Shown piece by piece: positions 38,447-51,269 of a DNA stretch of 64,000 nucleotides (the first letter of the stretch is position 1; each line of letters begins with the position of its first letter). Under the pieces are notes generated by a model, which did not search any database, was not told the origin of the DNA, and worked only from the letters and a program-made list of their open reading frames with translations. This DNA is from Octopus vulgaris (lineage: Eukaryota), in assembly GCA_951406725.2 (NCBI GenBank), contig OX597819.1, forward strand, positions 43,090,001-43,154,000, given 5' to 3'. The position numbers were made by a program, and so were the translations under genes.

Positions 38447-39318
38447 TGTGGTTTGATCAATAAGTATCCAGACTGCTGCCATAGTAACGAAGCTAACGCA
38501 CGCAGAGTGAAGCCACTTGGCACAGATTGACACTAAGTTTTAATGTTCAAGCTCACTTCTGCTATTTACAGCAGTACTTGGAAGAAATGTGTGTAGCATG
38601 TGATCATTGCATTGACCATGACAGAAAACGTTGTCATGGCGATACCTGTTCAGAGGCCTATGCAAAGTGGCAGAAAGTGTATGGAGAGGAGTGTATGAGC
38701 CACACACAAGTGCATGAGTGGTTCAGATGTTTCCAAAGTGGTCACAAAAATATCAATATTGACGAATGTTCTGGGAGACCTGCAACCAGCAAAACTGAGA
38801 ATAACATCTCAGATGTGCGTGCAACTGTGAGGGGGAAATCATCGAGCCACCATCCGTGAGTTATCAGAGGAAGTGCAGGTTAGTCATGGTTGTGTTCTGT
38901 CCATTATCACTGAAGATTTGGGTATGAGATGCGTGCCTGCCAAGTCTGTACCAAAACTACTTTCAGCTGACCCAAAAAAGACATTCGGGTTTCAGTTGCA
39001 CAAGAACCTCCTTGATTGTGTTGAGAACGATGAAAACCTTTTGAAAACTTTGCATAGGCCTCTGAGCATGTATCGCCATGCTTTTGGCAAAATTCGATGC
39101 AGATTCTCTTCTCAACTTTGTCATGGTCAATGCAACAATCACACGCTACACACCTTCCTTCCAAGTAGTGCTGTAAGCAGTGGAAGTGAGCTAGAACGTT
39201 AACACTTAGTGCACATGCACAGCAGAGTTCAAGGTCAATCTGTGCCAAGCAGCTTCACTCTGCGTGCTTTAGTTTCGTTACTATGGCAACAGTCCCGATA
39301 CTTATTGATCAGACCACA
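38447..39318. mobile_element. Mariner-derived fold-back element with two inverted 5' ends and a degenerate N-terminal transposase
   Basis: TIR TGTGGT(T/C)TGATCAATAAGTATC at both ends, TA on the right. Translation KVYGEECMSHTQVHEWF...DECSGRP...EDLGMRCVPAKSVPKLL matches the mariner HTH and WVPxxL region. Arms 38447-38668 and 39047-39318. Confidence 0.92.
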
Positions 39319-39672
39319 TATATAATATTACACACAGACACACACACTAACACAGCCATCTCTTAACACTAAATGTATACATTCTTCTCAATTTTTACTG
39401 GTATGTGTGTGTGTATATATACAAGCACTGAAAGATTGCACTAAAAAGAGAATTAACTGTAATAGATCTTTGTATGTTCTGCGACAAAAGTATATCAAAC
39501 ACTCCAGTGCAGCTGCTAAACTGACAGTTGCATCCAGGTAAACACATCCAATTACAACCAAAAAAAAAAAAAAAAAAAACTTAACTGTATAATATATAGG
39601 TATGTATATCACACAAATGTGTGAGTATAAACACACATATACATACATGTGCATGTGTGAAATGGAATGTTG

Positions 39673-39712
<40 letters not shown>

Positions 39713-39806
39713 AACAACACTAAGACGAGATAGTTATCAATCAGTCATCAGCAGCAACATTTGCATAAGGAAGAGTTTTCTCTTGTTTGGTGTCATTTGT
39801 CATAAC

Positions 39807-39859
<53 letters not shown>

Positions 39860-41553
39860 AGCGTGTGTGCGCTCGTGTTAATGACAAACAACAGTAGAAG
39901 TGAAAACAGTATTGTCTAAAAGGCATTACACTCCTGAACGATAATGATCACGGTGATGTTGATGACAACAGCAATGATGATGATGATGATGGGGATGATA
40001 ATGATGATGATGACAGCGGTGATGAAAAAGAGGAGGCTCATTGAGCCAGAGAACTATTATTTAGGTTCAGGTGTCATTGACTGAAGCTTAGCGCCTTACT
40101 TATGTTGAATCATTTGCAAAATGGCGTTACCTTATTCCCAGTAGCTTTAACAGATGTAAATATCACTCCTTCCTCCACACTCTCTCTTTCTCTTTCCATT
40201 TGTTCCTATCTCACTTTTTCTCTTCTCTCTCTCATGCATGCACACACACACATATAAACACATACACACAGATAAGATCACTTCTAGAGAAAAGATAGAA
40301 AAGAAGAAATAGAGACTAGTAACTTAATGAAAGTAGAAAGACAGGAAGCAAAGCAAACCAAGTCTGGCACCAAAATGTGTGTAGGAGGTGAAAGAGAATG
40401 GCTAAGGTGTATATGTTGCACGTGTGTGTGTGTGTGTGTGTGTAGAAAGTTGTTAAAGAACGGTAAATTAGTGAGAAAGGTAAGGAAGAAGAGAGCAGTC
40501 AAAAGTAGGGAAAAGGGCTGACACAACAAATTGACAAAGCGGAGAAGGAACAGAGAGCCCCAGTAGGTGTTTGGAGAATTCCGCTATTAAAAAGAAGTGA
40601 TGTTTTAGGTGTTAGTCCATTTCTCTTGTACTAAAGGACTAACTTAACAATCAATAGCAGAGTTCAGAGTGGTATTTCCACCATCTGACACTTTCTCCCT
40701 CTTTTTTTTCTTTTCTAGGTCTTGGACAGATCACATCTTGCCCTCTTTACTTTACTCTCCACTCAGTTTTCCTGTCAGCCAATCACACCTGTCTCTTGTC
40801 ACTCACAACGCTATGTATCACTTCCTATATACCCTGCACTGAACAAGCTCCCTTTAGAAACTAACAGCCTTTCCCTAAATGCATACGCACACACTCACGC
40901 CACACACACACATGTGTACCTACTCTCTCTTCCTCTCTCCCTCTCCATCCCCCTCTACGTATACCCCATGGAAATGTTGATTTCTTTGAAGTTGACTGAC
41001 ACTAGGCAAAAATTTTTACAAGAGATATATAGGTCAGTGTAATATTATGAAAAATTAAATTACACAAGCACGCGCGCACGCACACACCAATCAGTGTATT
41101 TGCGTATCTTATTTCATCAACAAACCCTCTGAACTTAATCACACATGGCAGGAAATAATGAAGCTAAAATATAGCAAATATAATTTTCTATTTAGTGCAG
41201 TGCTCTTCGTCTATACAAAAGTAAATGAGGAACAGTAAAATTCCCCTAAATCATATCCACAAGGCTGGGAGAGTGATCTCAATGTCTGGGAAGCTTGAAA
41301 ACTCTTCCATAAACAACGGCCCATGTCCACACCCTGGAGAGGTCAAATCAGTACAGCCTGCAAAGAGGCAGATTCAACTTGGTAGGTAACAGTTATGAGT
41401 AATAAAGTCCAATCAATGTGTGGGATGGGATAAGTTGTCTCTGACCCTGGGAAAGATCATCACATCTCCAATTTAGGAAGTGGACACAAAAAAGGAAATG
41501 TTCCTGAAGGCCCAAAGGAGAATAACATCTAAGGGCAAAACTGATACCTTAGA

Positions 41554-41700
41554 TCAGAGGTTCTCAACATTGGCGATACCATCCCCAAGGGAACACTGGG
41601 CATATTAAAGGGGGTATTAGTCCTCAGGGGGCAGTGAGGCAATATAATAAACATACTAAATTTTTACTTATAGCAGTAATTATATTATACATAATAAAAC
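41554..41700. mobile_element. hAT-like terminus relic
   Basis: CAGAGGTTCTCAAC start with G-rich subterminal motifs. Confidence 0.45.
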
Positions 41701-41787
41701 TAGTAATGGTTATTAAAATGAAATGGGATCTCATCAGGCACAGGGATGTCATTAACTTGCAATGTATAAAATATATTTACAACTTTT

Positions 41788-42311
41788 GCCTTAGACTCAA
41801 CACAGAGGCCTACATCAAGTGCCTGGAGGAGGTAGTGCTGTCCTGGATCAAGGGGGTGGCTGCTGGAAGACCCTATAACTGGCAACAGGACTCTGCAACA
41901 TGCCACACAAACAGAAGAACCCAGTCATGGCTGAGACAATTTCTGCTACCACATCAACCCTAACATCTGGTCACCTAACTCCCCAGGCTCAACCCCTAAG
42001 ATTATTGTGTGGGGTGCAATTGAGCAAGAGACCCACAAAACTTCTTGTAACACCAAAAATGAACTGAAGGTAGGATTATGGTAGAATTAACCAACTTAAA
42101 CAAGGAGACCCTCCAGAAGAGTTGCAGGAAACTCCGAAGTGACTTGGAGGCCATGGTTAAAGCCAATGGCGATTCTATTGAATACATTTACTCTTTAGTA
42201 TTTCAAGATATTTTTATGTAATTTTAGTAAATATATTTGTTAAAATGAGATGCCAGTGCTGTTTTCATTTTTGCATAATTCAGATGACAATTAATTCACC
42301 GCATCCTGCAT
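41788..42311 (+). mobile_element. Tc1/mariner superfamily (DD37D/maT-like) transposase 3' pseudogene and right terminus
   Basis: Frameshifted YIKCLEEVVLSWI...WQQDSATCH...IWSPNSP..P.DY..GAIEQET...LEAMVKANGDSIE; ends CACCGCATCCTGCATA. Confidence 0.85.
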
Positions 42312-43787
42312 ATGTAATACAGATACATACACAATGGGCTTTCCACAGTTTCCTGTCTAACACATTTAGTCACAAAGCATTTGTCTGCCCAGGGCTATAA
42401 TAGAATAGAAGAAGACACTTGCCCAAAGTGCTGGGCAGTGGGTCTGAAGTCAAAACCACATGGTTGCTATGTGAGCTTCTTAACTACATAACCATACCTG
42501 CGCCTGATCAACCAAAATCCTTGAAGATAATATCCAAGTATGGCTGCAGTCAAATGACTGAAGCGATTAAAAGAATACGCATATACACATACACTGCTAT
42601 ATAATTTCTTGAATCTGTTTCAAGATGGCTTGTTTTAGACTAACAAATTTTCTTTGTCCTTCTTGATTTATTTCTTAAACGCAAATGTTATATTGGCACA
42701 AGATTGAACAAAATGGAACACAAGGACATGAATATGTCAACTTGATCTTGATAGTACCCTACTCCAGTTCACAGGGGGAAAAAAAACAACAAAAAAACAA
42801 TGTTGTAATGAAGCAGTATTTTGCAGCTAAATTGTTGTTCTTCCTACAGTCGAAAAATGCAAACAGTTTTATGGAATTTATTCATTCAATTGGGATTTTA
42901 AAATCAATTTATAAAAAAATTATTTGGAAGTTTATATTCAGCTTAAATAAATATTTAAGCAAGACTGTAATTACAAATTTTATACAAACACTTACCAACT
43001 AAACTCTCTTTGGAATAGTTAAAATGAATAGCGATTAAAAAAAAAAGAATTTAAATGAGACAAGAGGTCTGCATACACATTGTGTATGTGTGAGTGTGTT
43101 TGCTATGCATGCATGAGAGAGCAAGAGAGAAAGAAAGTGTGTGTGTGTGTGTATGAGTGAGTGAATGAGTATGTGTGTGTAGCTGGATAGCTATTAGTTT
43201 TCACTATTCTGTGTGTATGTTTGTCAGAGAAAGAGGAAGAGAGAGAGATACTTAAGAAGCTGCTCCTGTTCCACCATATTATTACTGTGTGTGTGAGTGA
43301 GAGAGAGAGAGAGAGAGAGATGTAACAATAAATGAAATCCAGTAATTACAGACACAAGAGCAAGTTTTTACTGCTGGCTTCTTCAACATTACCACTTGTA
43401 GCCTGGCTCTATAACAGTAATTGCCACCCTGAAATGATAGTGTATCATCAGGAATTTTCAACCCATTTGTGAAAGGGGGCATAGACAGCAAGCAATTTAG
43501 TAGGTGGATAAGATAGATTGGCTCAACTGCTTCACAATATCCCAAACCAAAACAACAGTAACAGCAATAACCTGATTTCATAAAAGAAATCAGGCACTTC
43601 TGGTTGTTTCCAGTAATATATCATAACAAACAAAGCTTCTTCGCTCAATCGTTTTGCTCCTCTCTGCATAACGAGACTTTCACTGAAGTAACAGAGAATG
43701 GCACACCACACTCCCACCAAAAGACACATAAAGACCCCCCCCCTTATATTTAGAAGTGGATAATTATCATGTAACAATAATTACTGT

Positions 43788-44015
43788 TTAACTCCTTCAA
43801 TATGAACCTGTCTGAAACTGCTCTTGATTCCACCAATTCAAATTCCTTGTTCAAAAGTAATCGAAATTAAAACTTCCCATTAAAATTTCATGTTATTTAT
43901 GTTCCAAAACATCAGCTTAATAAGAACGAAGTTAATTAACTAAATTCATTTATTATCAAAATTAATTGAAAGAAAATCAGTGTATTTCAATAGAAATATG
44001 GTAACAAATGAATTG
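43788..44015. mobile_element. MITE B-related relic
   Basis: Similar to 51289-51524 (ATTAAAACTTCC, TAAATTC, AATATGGTAAC). Confidence 0.6.
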
Positions 44016-44354
44016 ATTTGTAAGGTCAGCAGATTATAAGAAAGACTTTATAGCATTCACTTCCATATCCATAGGCTTGGGAACTAGGGGTGCAGGGGTA
44101 CAAGCAACCCCCTCCCCATTATTAGGGAGAGGCACAATGAGAATGTAACTGCAACCCTTAGGCAGATTCCATTCTTGCACTAATGTCCATGCCTCACTGA
44201 GGTTTTCTTAGTTTTCTTTCATATTTTTTAGAAGTGTTGAAACATATGTCTGCAATAACCACCCACTCCTGGATTGAGTTTCTAGAAGAAATATACTTTA
44301 TCTATGTTTCGAAATTAATTTTGAAAACATTGAACTATTTACAAAGATTTTGTT

Positions 44355-44405
<51 letters not shown>

Positions 44406-44424
44406 TTGCTCCACCATTTTTGCA

Positions 44425-44785
44425 GGCATGCATGTGTAGTAAAGAAGCTAGTTTCTAGGCTCAATCTTATTGTGTAGCACTTTAAGCAAAGATCTTCTAC
44501 TGTAGCCTTAGGCCAACTGATCCCTTGTGAATGAATCTGATAGGTGAAAACTGCATGCAAAGTCTGTTGTATGCATGTATTTGTGTTTGTCCCCCATCAT
44601 CACTTAACAACCAGTGCTGCTTCATTTACACCCCAAAAACTTAGCAGTTCAGCAGAAGACATCAACAGAATAAGTACCAGATTTAAAAATGAACACTGGG
44701 ATTGATTTGTTTGACTAAACCCTTCGTGGCGGTGCACTAGCATGGCCACTGTCCAGTGACTGAGACAAGTAAGAGATAAAAGACA
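44425..44785 (+). mobile_element. SINE family 1, old and CpG-decayed
   Basis: Colinear with family 1. Confidence 0.8.
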
Positions 44786-45333
44786 GATAGTTTGGAAAAC
44801 AAAGGAAGGTTTTCATTTAAATATCACCATGTTCAAACAAGAGGTTTTGTAATTATAGAATGAGAGGCAGTCTCTGATGGATTTGTATCATAATGGGTTA
44901 ATTGATTGTTCCTTTCTCCTCAATCAATCGGTATAGTGTTTATGTAGGAAATCAATAATTTTGATATCTGCTGACTGGGTACAAACCCTATAATTGCCTA
45001 GAAAGGAGAATAATGTTAAGAATCTAATCCATTATTACTGATAACAAATTTATTGATCAGGATAAATAAAATACAAAATTCATTCAAATATATTAAAATG
45101 AAACCCCGAAGCAGATAAATTTCAATGCTTATCAACGATGCCAACATCCTACCCTACTAATAATAATTCTTAAGGTAGGTAGGTAGGTAGGTAGGTACAA
45201 GACCAAAAACTGAGAGAGAAAGCTGCTTCTTTCATTGATCCTGGGAGGGGTCCACAATGTAAAAGAATATAAACTAAGCAAGCACTTCTTTGTCCAGTAG
45301 CAATTCATTGATTCTACTGTCCATTCCTTCAAC

Positions 45334-45366
<33 letters not shown>

Positions 45367-45589
45367 CAGTAGCAGGAGGAGGAGCAATATACATTAAGAT
45401 GCAAATTTGGAGAAGTGCAAAAATAAAACAGTAGAATCCAAAGAAACTAGGATTGGTTTATTATATCAGCAATCAGCAAGTATGAAAAGGCAAATAATCC
45501 TCTCCCCACTTCCTCCCCACAATCTAAGCAGGCCCTCCAAGACCTGTGCAGTCAATGGGGTTAAAACATTTTTGATACTTCCCAATAAA

Positions 45590-46170
45590 AGCTACTGCCC
45601 AAAATGTTAAACTTTTCCTCATGACTTTGCAATGATATAATGATAATAAAGTGGATACCAAAGAAATTCTTTTCTACTCTAGGCACAAAGCCTGACATTT
45701 TGGTGGGTGAGGGCCAGTCGATTAGATCGACCCCAATGTACAAATGGCACTTAATTTATCGACCCTGAAAGGATGAAAGACAAGGTCGACCTCGGCGGTA
45801 TTTGAACTCAGAATGTAAAGAGAGAAACTACCGCTAAGCATTTCGCCCAGCGTGCTGACGTTTCTGCCAGCTCACCACCTTTGGATACCAAAGAAATCGA
45901 GGAATATCAGGACCTAGTTAGAGAGGCTGTGGAAGACTAAACAGACAAATGTTCTGATGGTAACTGGTGCAACCTGACCATATTGTGACTGATTCGTAAG
46001 AGGCTGAAGGATATTGGAATTGAAACATGCATTGTTGACCAGCAGAAAAGTACTATCCTGTATTCTGTATATTCTGCAAGAATCCCAAGTAAAGATTCTT
46101 ACGATTTGAAGAGACTTGTCAACAAACCTCAAGACAAAATCCCTGCAAACTAAAGTAGTATGTAATAGTT
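45590..46170 (+). mobile_element. R4/Dong-like (RLE) LINE 3' relic with (TAA)n tail, split by a SINE
   Basis: Degenerate KVDTKEIEEYQDLVRE..LWKTK...RKRLKDIGIETCIVDQQKSTILYS..ARI, resembling the RLE C-terminal K..KY.DL and LQK..IL.SARI motifs. Confidence 0.7.
45668..45881 (-). mobile_element. SINE family 2 with 16-bp TSD
   Basis: TGGATACCAAAGAAAT at 45652-45667 and 45882-45897. Confidence 0.93.
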
Positions 46171-46211
46171 TTATTATTATTATTATAATAATAATAATAA
46201 TAATAATAATC

Positions 46212-46685
46212 ATCCTTTCAACTATAGGCACAAGGATTCACATTTGGCGGGGAAGGGACTAATCGACACCAGTGTTTCACTGGCACTTAATTTATCGACC
46301 CCCCCCGAAAGGATGAAAGGGAAAGTAGACCTCAACAGAATTTTTAACTTAGAACGTAGCGACAGGCAAAAAACTGCTAAGCGTTTTGCCCAGTGTGCTT
46401 ATGATTCTGCCAACAAACCACCTTACATAACAATAATAATAATAATAATAATGATAATAAAAATAATAATGGTTTCAAATTTTGGCACAAGGCCAGAAAT
46501 TTCAGGAGAGGGTTAAGTCCATTATATCAAACCAACACCACCATGCTCAGCTGGTAGTTATTTTCTTGAGCTGAAAAGGATGATGAAAGGTGAAGTTGAC
46601 CTCCACAGAATTTGAACTGAGAATGTAAAGACAGGCAAAATGCCACAAAACATGTCCAGCATGCTAATGATTCTACCAGCTCAAT
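46212..46685 (-). mobile_element. Two SINE family 2 copies in (TAA)n tracts
   Basis: Each copy is bounded by (TAA)n. Confidence 0.88.
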
Positions 46686-47137
46686 GCAATAATAATAATA
46701 ATAATAATAATAAAATCATACAAGTGATGTCAAATGGTAACCAGTACAGGTTACTTTCCTTACAGGTGGGATGACAATCATCCATGACAGCAGGTGAAAC
46801 TTAAAATTAACAATGATATACTATAATGATTAACTTATCTTTCTTGACAGACAGACTGCTTGCCAGTCAAGAGAGATGTTGAATGCTAGTGCTTGGGAGC
46901 TAAGGGTGGGAGTGGAGAGAATTATTATAATTACTAATCACACACACACACAGCACAAGAAGAAAGCCTCTGTCCACAAGTGCACCAACCAACCAGAGAC
47001 ATATATACCAGTTCCCTAGTGTTGATATCCTACACATTCATGAATGAAGCTCCCTCACTCTCTCAGCTTTTCCACTTGCACATGCACAACGCATGTGTGT
47101 GTGTGTGTGTGTGTGTATGTGTGTGCATCACAGCTAA

Positions 47138-47989
47138 TTTACATGGAGTAAAATTAGGTAAATTTAGAAGTGTAATGACAAGCAGCAGGAATATTAATTG
47201 TTGAAAATTGTTCTCTGTGGTTAAAAACAATGCAGACTAGCCATAATAATAATTAAACAGCAGATAGGAAGCAGTGCAATGCACATGATAAGCGCATGAG
47301 GCAAGTTCCGTTACAGGTTTTGTCGCTGCTGCTGTTGCTGTGGTTGTGGTTGTTGTAGTTGTTGAGTCAGTTTTGCTTGTACAGAGAGACCTATAACATG
47401 GAAAATATTTGATTGAATGTTTCAAAGCAACAGTCTCATCCAGTGCACCAGAAAAGCCATGATTCAGTCTCGTCTGAAGCAAGCTGTGTGTGTGTGCCAT
47501 TTCATACCATTTTAGGTTGCATTGAGTGCAGTGTAACAGTCTAGACATGCTTTACATAGTAAAGCTGGTTGGACAGCATCAAGTTGTTGATATCAAGTCC
47601 CAGGTCGAACCTGACTGTGTAGATCTATGAGTAGAAGCGCTCCAACCATGACCATTGCAGATAATGCATTAGAACGATTATCCAAATTATATCTTTCCCT
47701 ATTTGGAATGGTAGTGATGGTTTAAAGGGAATTTGGCTGGGGTAAACCCCCCCACACACACACACACACAAATACTTTATTAATTTGTCCTGCAAGGCTT
47801 TTTAGTCCTTTAGAATTTAATCCTTTACATGGAGTAAAATTAGGTAAATTTAGAAGTGTAATGACAAGCAGCAGGAATATTAATTGTTGAAAATTGTTCT
47901 CTGTGGTTAAAAACAATGCAGACTAGCCATAATAATAATTAAACAGCAGATAGGAAGCAGTGCAATGCACATGAGACAAGTTCCGTTAC
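47138..47989. repeat. Direct duplication of about 150-175 bp of unique sequence, 686 bp apart
   Basis: 47138-47288 reads identical to 47824-47974, then CAAGTTCCGTTAC after a small indel. Confidence 0.93.
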
Positions 47990-48374
47990 TGGCCCAAATA
48001 TGCTATCTGTTTTAGCCAGCCAGATCCAGCCTATCACATCTACCCTTCTATGGTATTAAAGAATTTATAATTACATCATCGTAATTTCAAACCTATAAAA
48101 TAATGCTTGATTATTGAAAAACAATTGAATAAATAAGCATTACATTTGACAGAATAATCTGAATGCTAAAGGGTTAAACTAGCCATATTTGCCCCAAATA
48201 TTCAATCAGTTTTATGTTCAAACAGCCTCTTACACCTACCCTACAATGTCATTCTAAAAGTATGCAATCACAGCTTGACAATCTCAAAGTAACATGATAA
48301 TACTGGATTAATTCAAAAACAATATGAATAAACAAGCTTTACATTAACACAGTAATCTGATAGGTAAAGGGTTT
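47990..48374. mobile_element. Two head-to-tail MITE A copies sharing a TTAA
   Basis: ...AATGCTAAAGGGTTAAACTAGCCATAT... junction at about 48175. Confidence 0.82.
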
Positions 48375-48566
48375 CACTGAATCCGGGAGTGAAACTCCAG
48401 CTCAGAAGCTTTAGGGTGTATAGGGTTACCTGTTCATCATCCCTACTTCCAGGTCTGCTCTAGCCTGAGGTGGCAATACTTAGCAAGTATGGGTCAAATG
48501 GCAGAAGAAAATCTTGAGACTAAAGCATATTAGAATTGGAGGAGTGAAGGCTCCTAGACACATACC

Positions 48567-48799
48567 TATTTCTTTACTACCGAGAAGGGGTTAAACACAA
48601 AGGGGACAAACAACGACAGACAAACGGATTAAGTCGATTATATCGACCCCAGTGCATAACTGGTACTTATTTAATCGACCCCAAAAGGATGAAAGGCAAA
48701 GTTGACCACGGCGGAATTTGAACTCAGAACGTAGTGGCAGACGAAATACCTCTAAGCATTTCGCTCAGCGTGCCAACGTTTCTGCCAGCTCGCCACCTT
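48567..48799 (-). mobile_element. SINE family 2 with 10-bp TSD
   Basis: GACACATACC at 48557-48566 and 48800-48809. Confidence 0.92.
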
Positions 48800-50714
48800 G
48801 ACACATACCATAAAGGTCCACAGGTGCACGGGCATGCCCCAGTGCCCTACAAACCAGTTCCTGTACTTGAGAGCTAAATAGGTTGGTCTAAAACCCCAAG
48901 AATAGCTCAAGAGAGCAGGAGACTAGCAGAAATAAACCAGTAGAAGGTAATGAGAAACGAGAAACCACTTCAGTAACTTTCCTAAGAAAATTTATGAATC
49001 TTTAGACAGTGGCCTGGAAGTCTATGGTTGCTAATGCCTGCAGGCATGTTACATGGAGAAAGAATTTGTTAATGCAGTGCCCTGTTCAAACACCACATGA
49101 AATCAGTAGCTGATTGGAATTCTAATTGCTACCAGTCTCTAATGTGGTCTATGCATGTGGCTCATATAGAGAGTATGCATTCTTTTATGCCTTTTTTTAA
49201 AAAAGAGATCTAGCAACTATATTGAACTACTTAAAAATTCCTTTGCTGGTTTATGCTATCCAATGGCACAAGTTCAATAGCTGATGTACTTCAGAATTCA
49301 AACACTGCTCAAATGAGCTCGATCACTCGTTTTTCAAGGGTTTGATGTCTGGGATATCTACAATACCTAACTCTCTAGGTTACTTCCAGTGATGACATGT
49401 CAAGCACTTTAATTCTATTCTCCTCCTCCACTCCTTTTACCTTTAAAAATAATGTGAAAAAAAGTAAAAAAAAAATGAAGCAATCCTTACTTCTATCCCA
49501 TCATCATCACTACCCTACACAGAAAAAAAATGACTGAAACATAACAAAAATGTTTCATTTTCCCACTCTTTTCCTTCATTCTTCAATAAATTTGGAAGAG
49601 AGGAAGGAGTGATGGCCACTTCACACACCCCTTCGCTCTCTCTCTGGCGCTCTCGCAAACTGAAATTTCAAAGCTATTCAGTCTAGTCATTAATGAAAAG
49701 CTGGAAACACCAAATTTTTATTCCATCTTCTATTTCAATTAACAGCAAACTAATTCATTGAAATTAACTAATTCGGTTTGACAAGCCAGTGACAAAAGTA
49801 TAATTATAATTATAGGCTGGGTGGCTTGTTAAGCTTTGCAGACTTATAAATTAATGAATTTGATATATAGAACTCAACCGGTCTCTCAGTCGTTATTGAC
49901 GTTGTTGCTGTTTTCACCTCATTTTTAATGTTGTTGCTTTCTCTCTTTCTTTCTCACTCTATTGGTGTGGGGGGTGGGGGTGGAAGTGGGGGTAGTCTAA
50001 AACATGAAGCTGGCCAGCCAGCATCAAGCTGCCTATCTGCATCCATATGGTAGCTACTAGACTAAAATGAACAGTAATCATTAAACATCAGGAAACTTCA
50101 ATCATTTCAACTGGGGAAGAAAAAAAAAAGAAAAAGAAAATAACTAATTCTTCAACCAGACTTATTATTATTATTATTATTTTATTTTTATTTTTCTACA
50201 GAAGCATTAACCAAAAACTTACAACTCAGGAGATTTCTGTTTATTCCAACATCAACATTAGCAACAATAACTACAACAGATTCTGGTATTTAAAACGAAC
50301 ATGTAAAACAAAATTGAGTTGTGAAACTTATTCTGTAAGAAATGTATTTTTCTTTTGTTTTGTTACATTTTTTTTAAAAACTTTTTAAACACTCTCCCAC
50401 CCACCCCTCAACCAGCTGAGTAAGAGGAATTGAGGGAGAGGGGGTGTTTAAAAAAAAACGAAAATTAAACTGTTAAACTTAACCTGTAAGTAATGTCTTT
50501 AACACATCCTCCTACCCTCACCTCTGCCGGTGGGGGAAGGGATGGGGGGAAAGAAGAGGTGGGGTTATGAGGAAGCAAAATGAAATTATAGCCTTAAGAA
50601 AGCTTTTTCTTTTTAATAAAAAAAAAATGCAATAACAGAAAATAGTTAAAAACAATTAACAACAAACTACTCCAGTGATATCTCATTTAATTATCTTACT
50701 TTTTATTTTCCTCA

Positions 50715-50756
<42 letters not shown>

Positions 50757-51269
50757 CACAAATGAAAACAATGCCACTTCAACAGAAAAAAAAAAGATTG
50801 TTACAGATTCTGGAATTCTCACTCCTCTGACATCTTTTTGTAACAATAAACTAAACTATGCTAGAAAAAAAAACAACAAACACAAACACAAACAAAAAGA
50901 AAAACACATGAAGAGACATTAATGGTGTTGGCTAATGAAGCTTTAGTTGATGATGATGATGATGATGATAGTGGTGCCAGTGTTCACAGGTGATGTTCTT
51001 GACAGCAAGTGATAGTGTTGGTGGGTGACGACAATGGTGGTGAGCTGATAATGTTGATTGTGGTGGTGGAATGATGATAATGATGATGATGCTGGTGGAA
51101 ATATGATGACAATGGTGGTGGTGGTGGTGGTGATGTTGATCGATGATGTGGCTGGTGAGAGTGATAATGTTGATGGTTGGTGTTGGTGATGACAGATGCT
51201 GATAGTCTTCTGCAATGTTGATGAAAGTAATGGGGGGGGGGGGGTTACGATATTGGTTACTATACAACA

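Noticed and set aside
43393-43428. VAITVIEPGYK resemblance to a short-chain dehydrogenase motif
   Set aside because: Too short, and no other SDR exons are seen.
46751-46800. Plus-strand AG|GT site (TTCCTTACAG|GTGGGA)
   Set aside because: Weak regenerated donor, and opposite to the inferred transcription direction.
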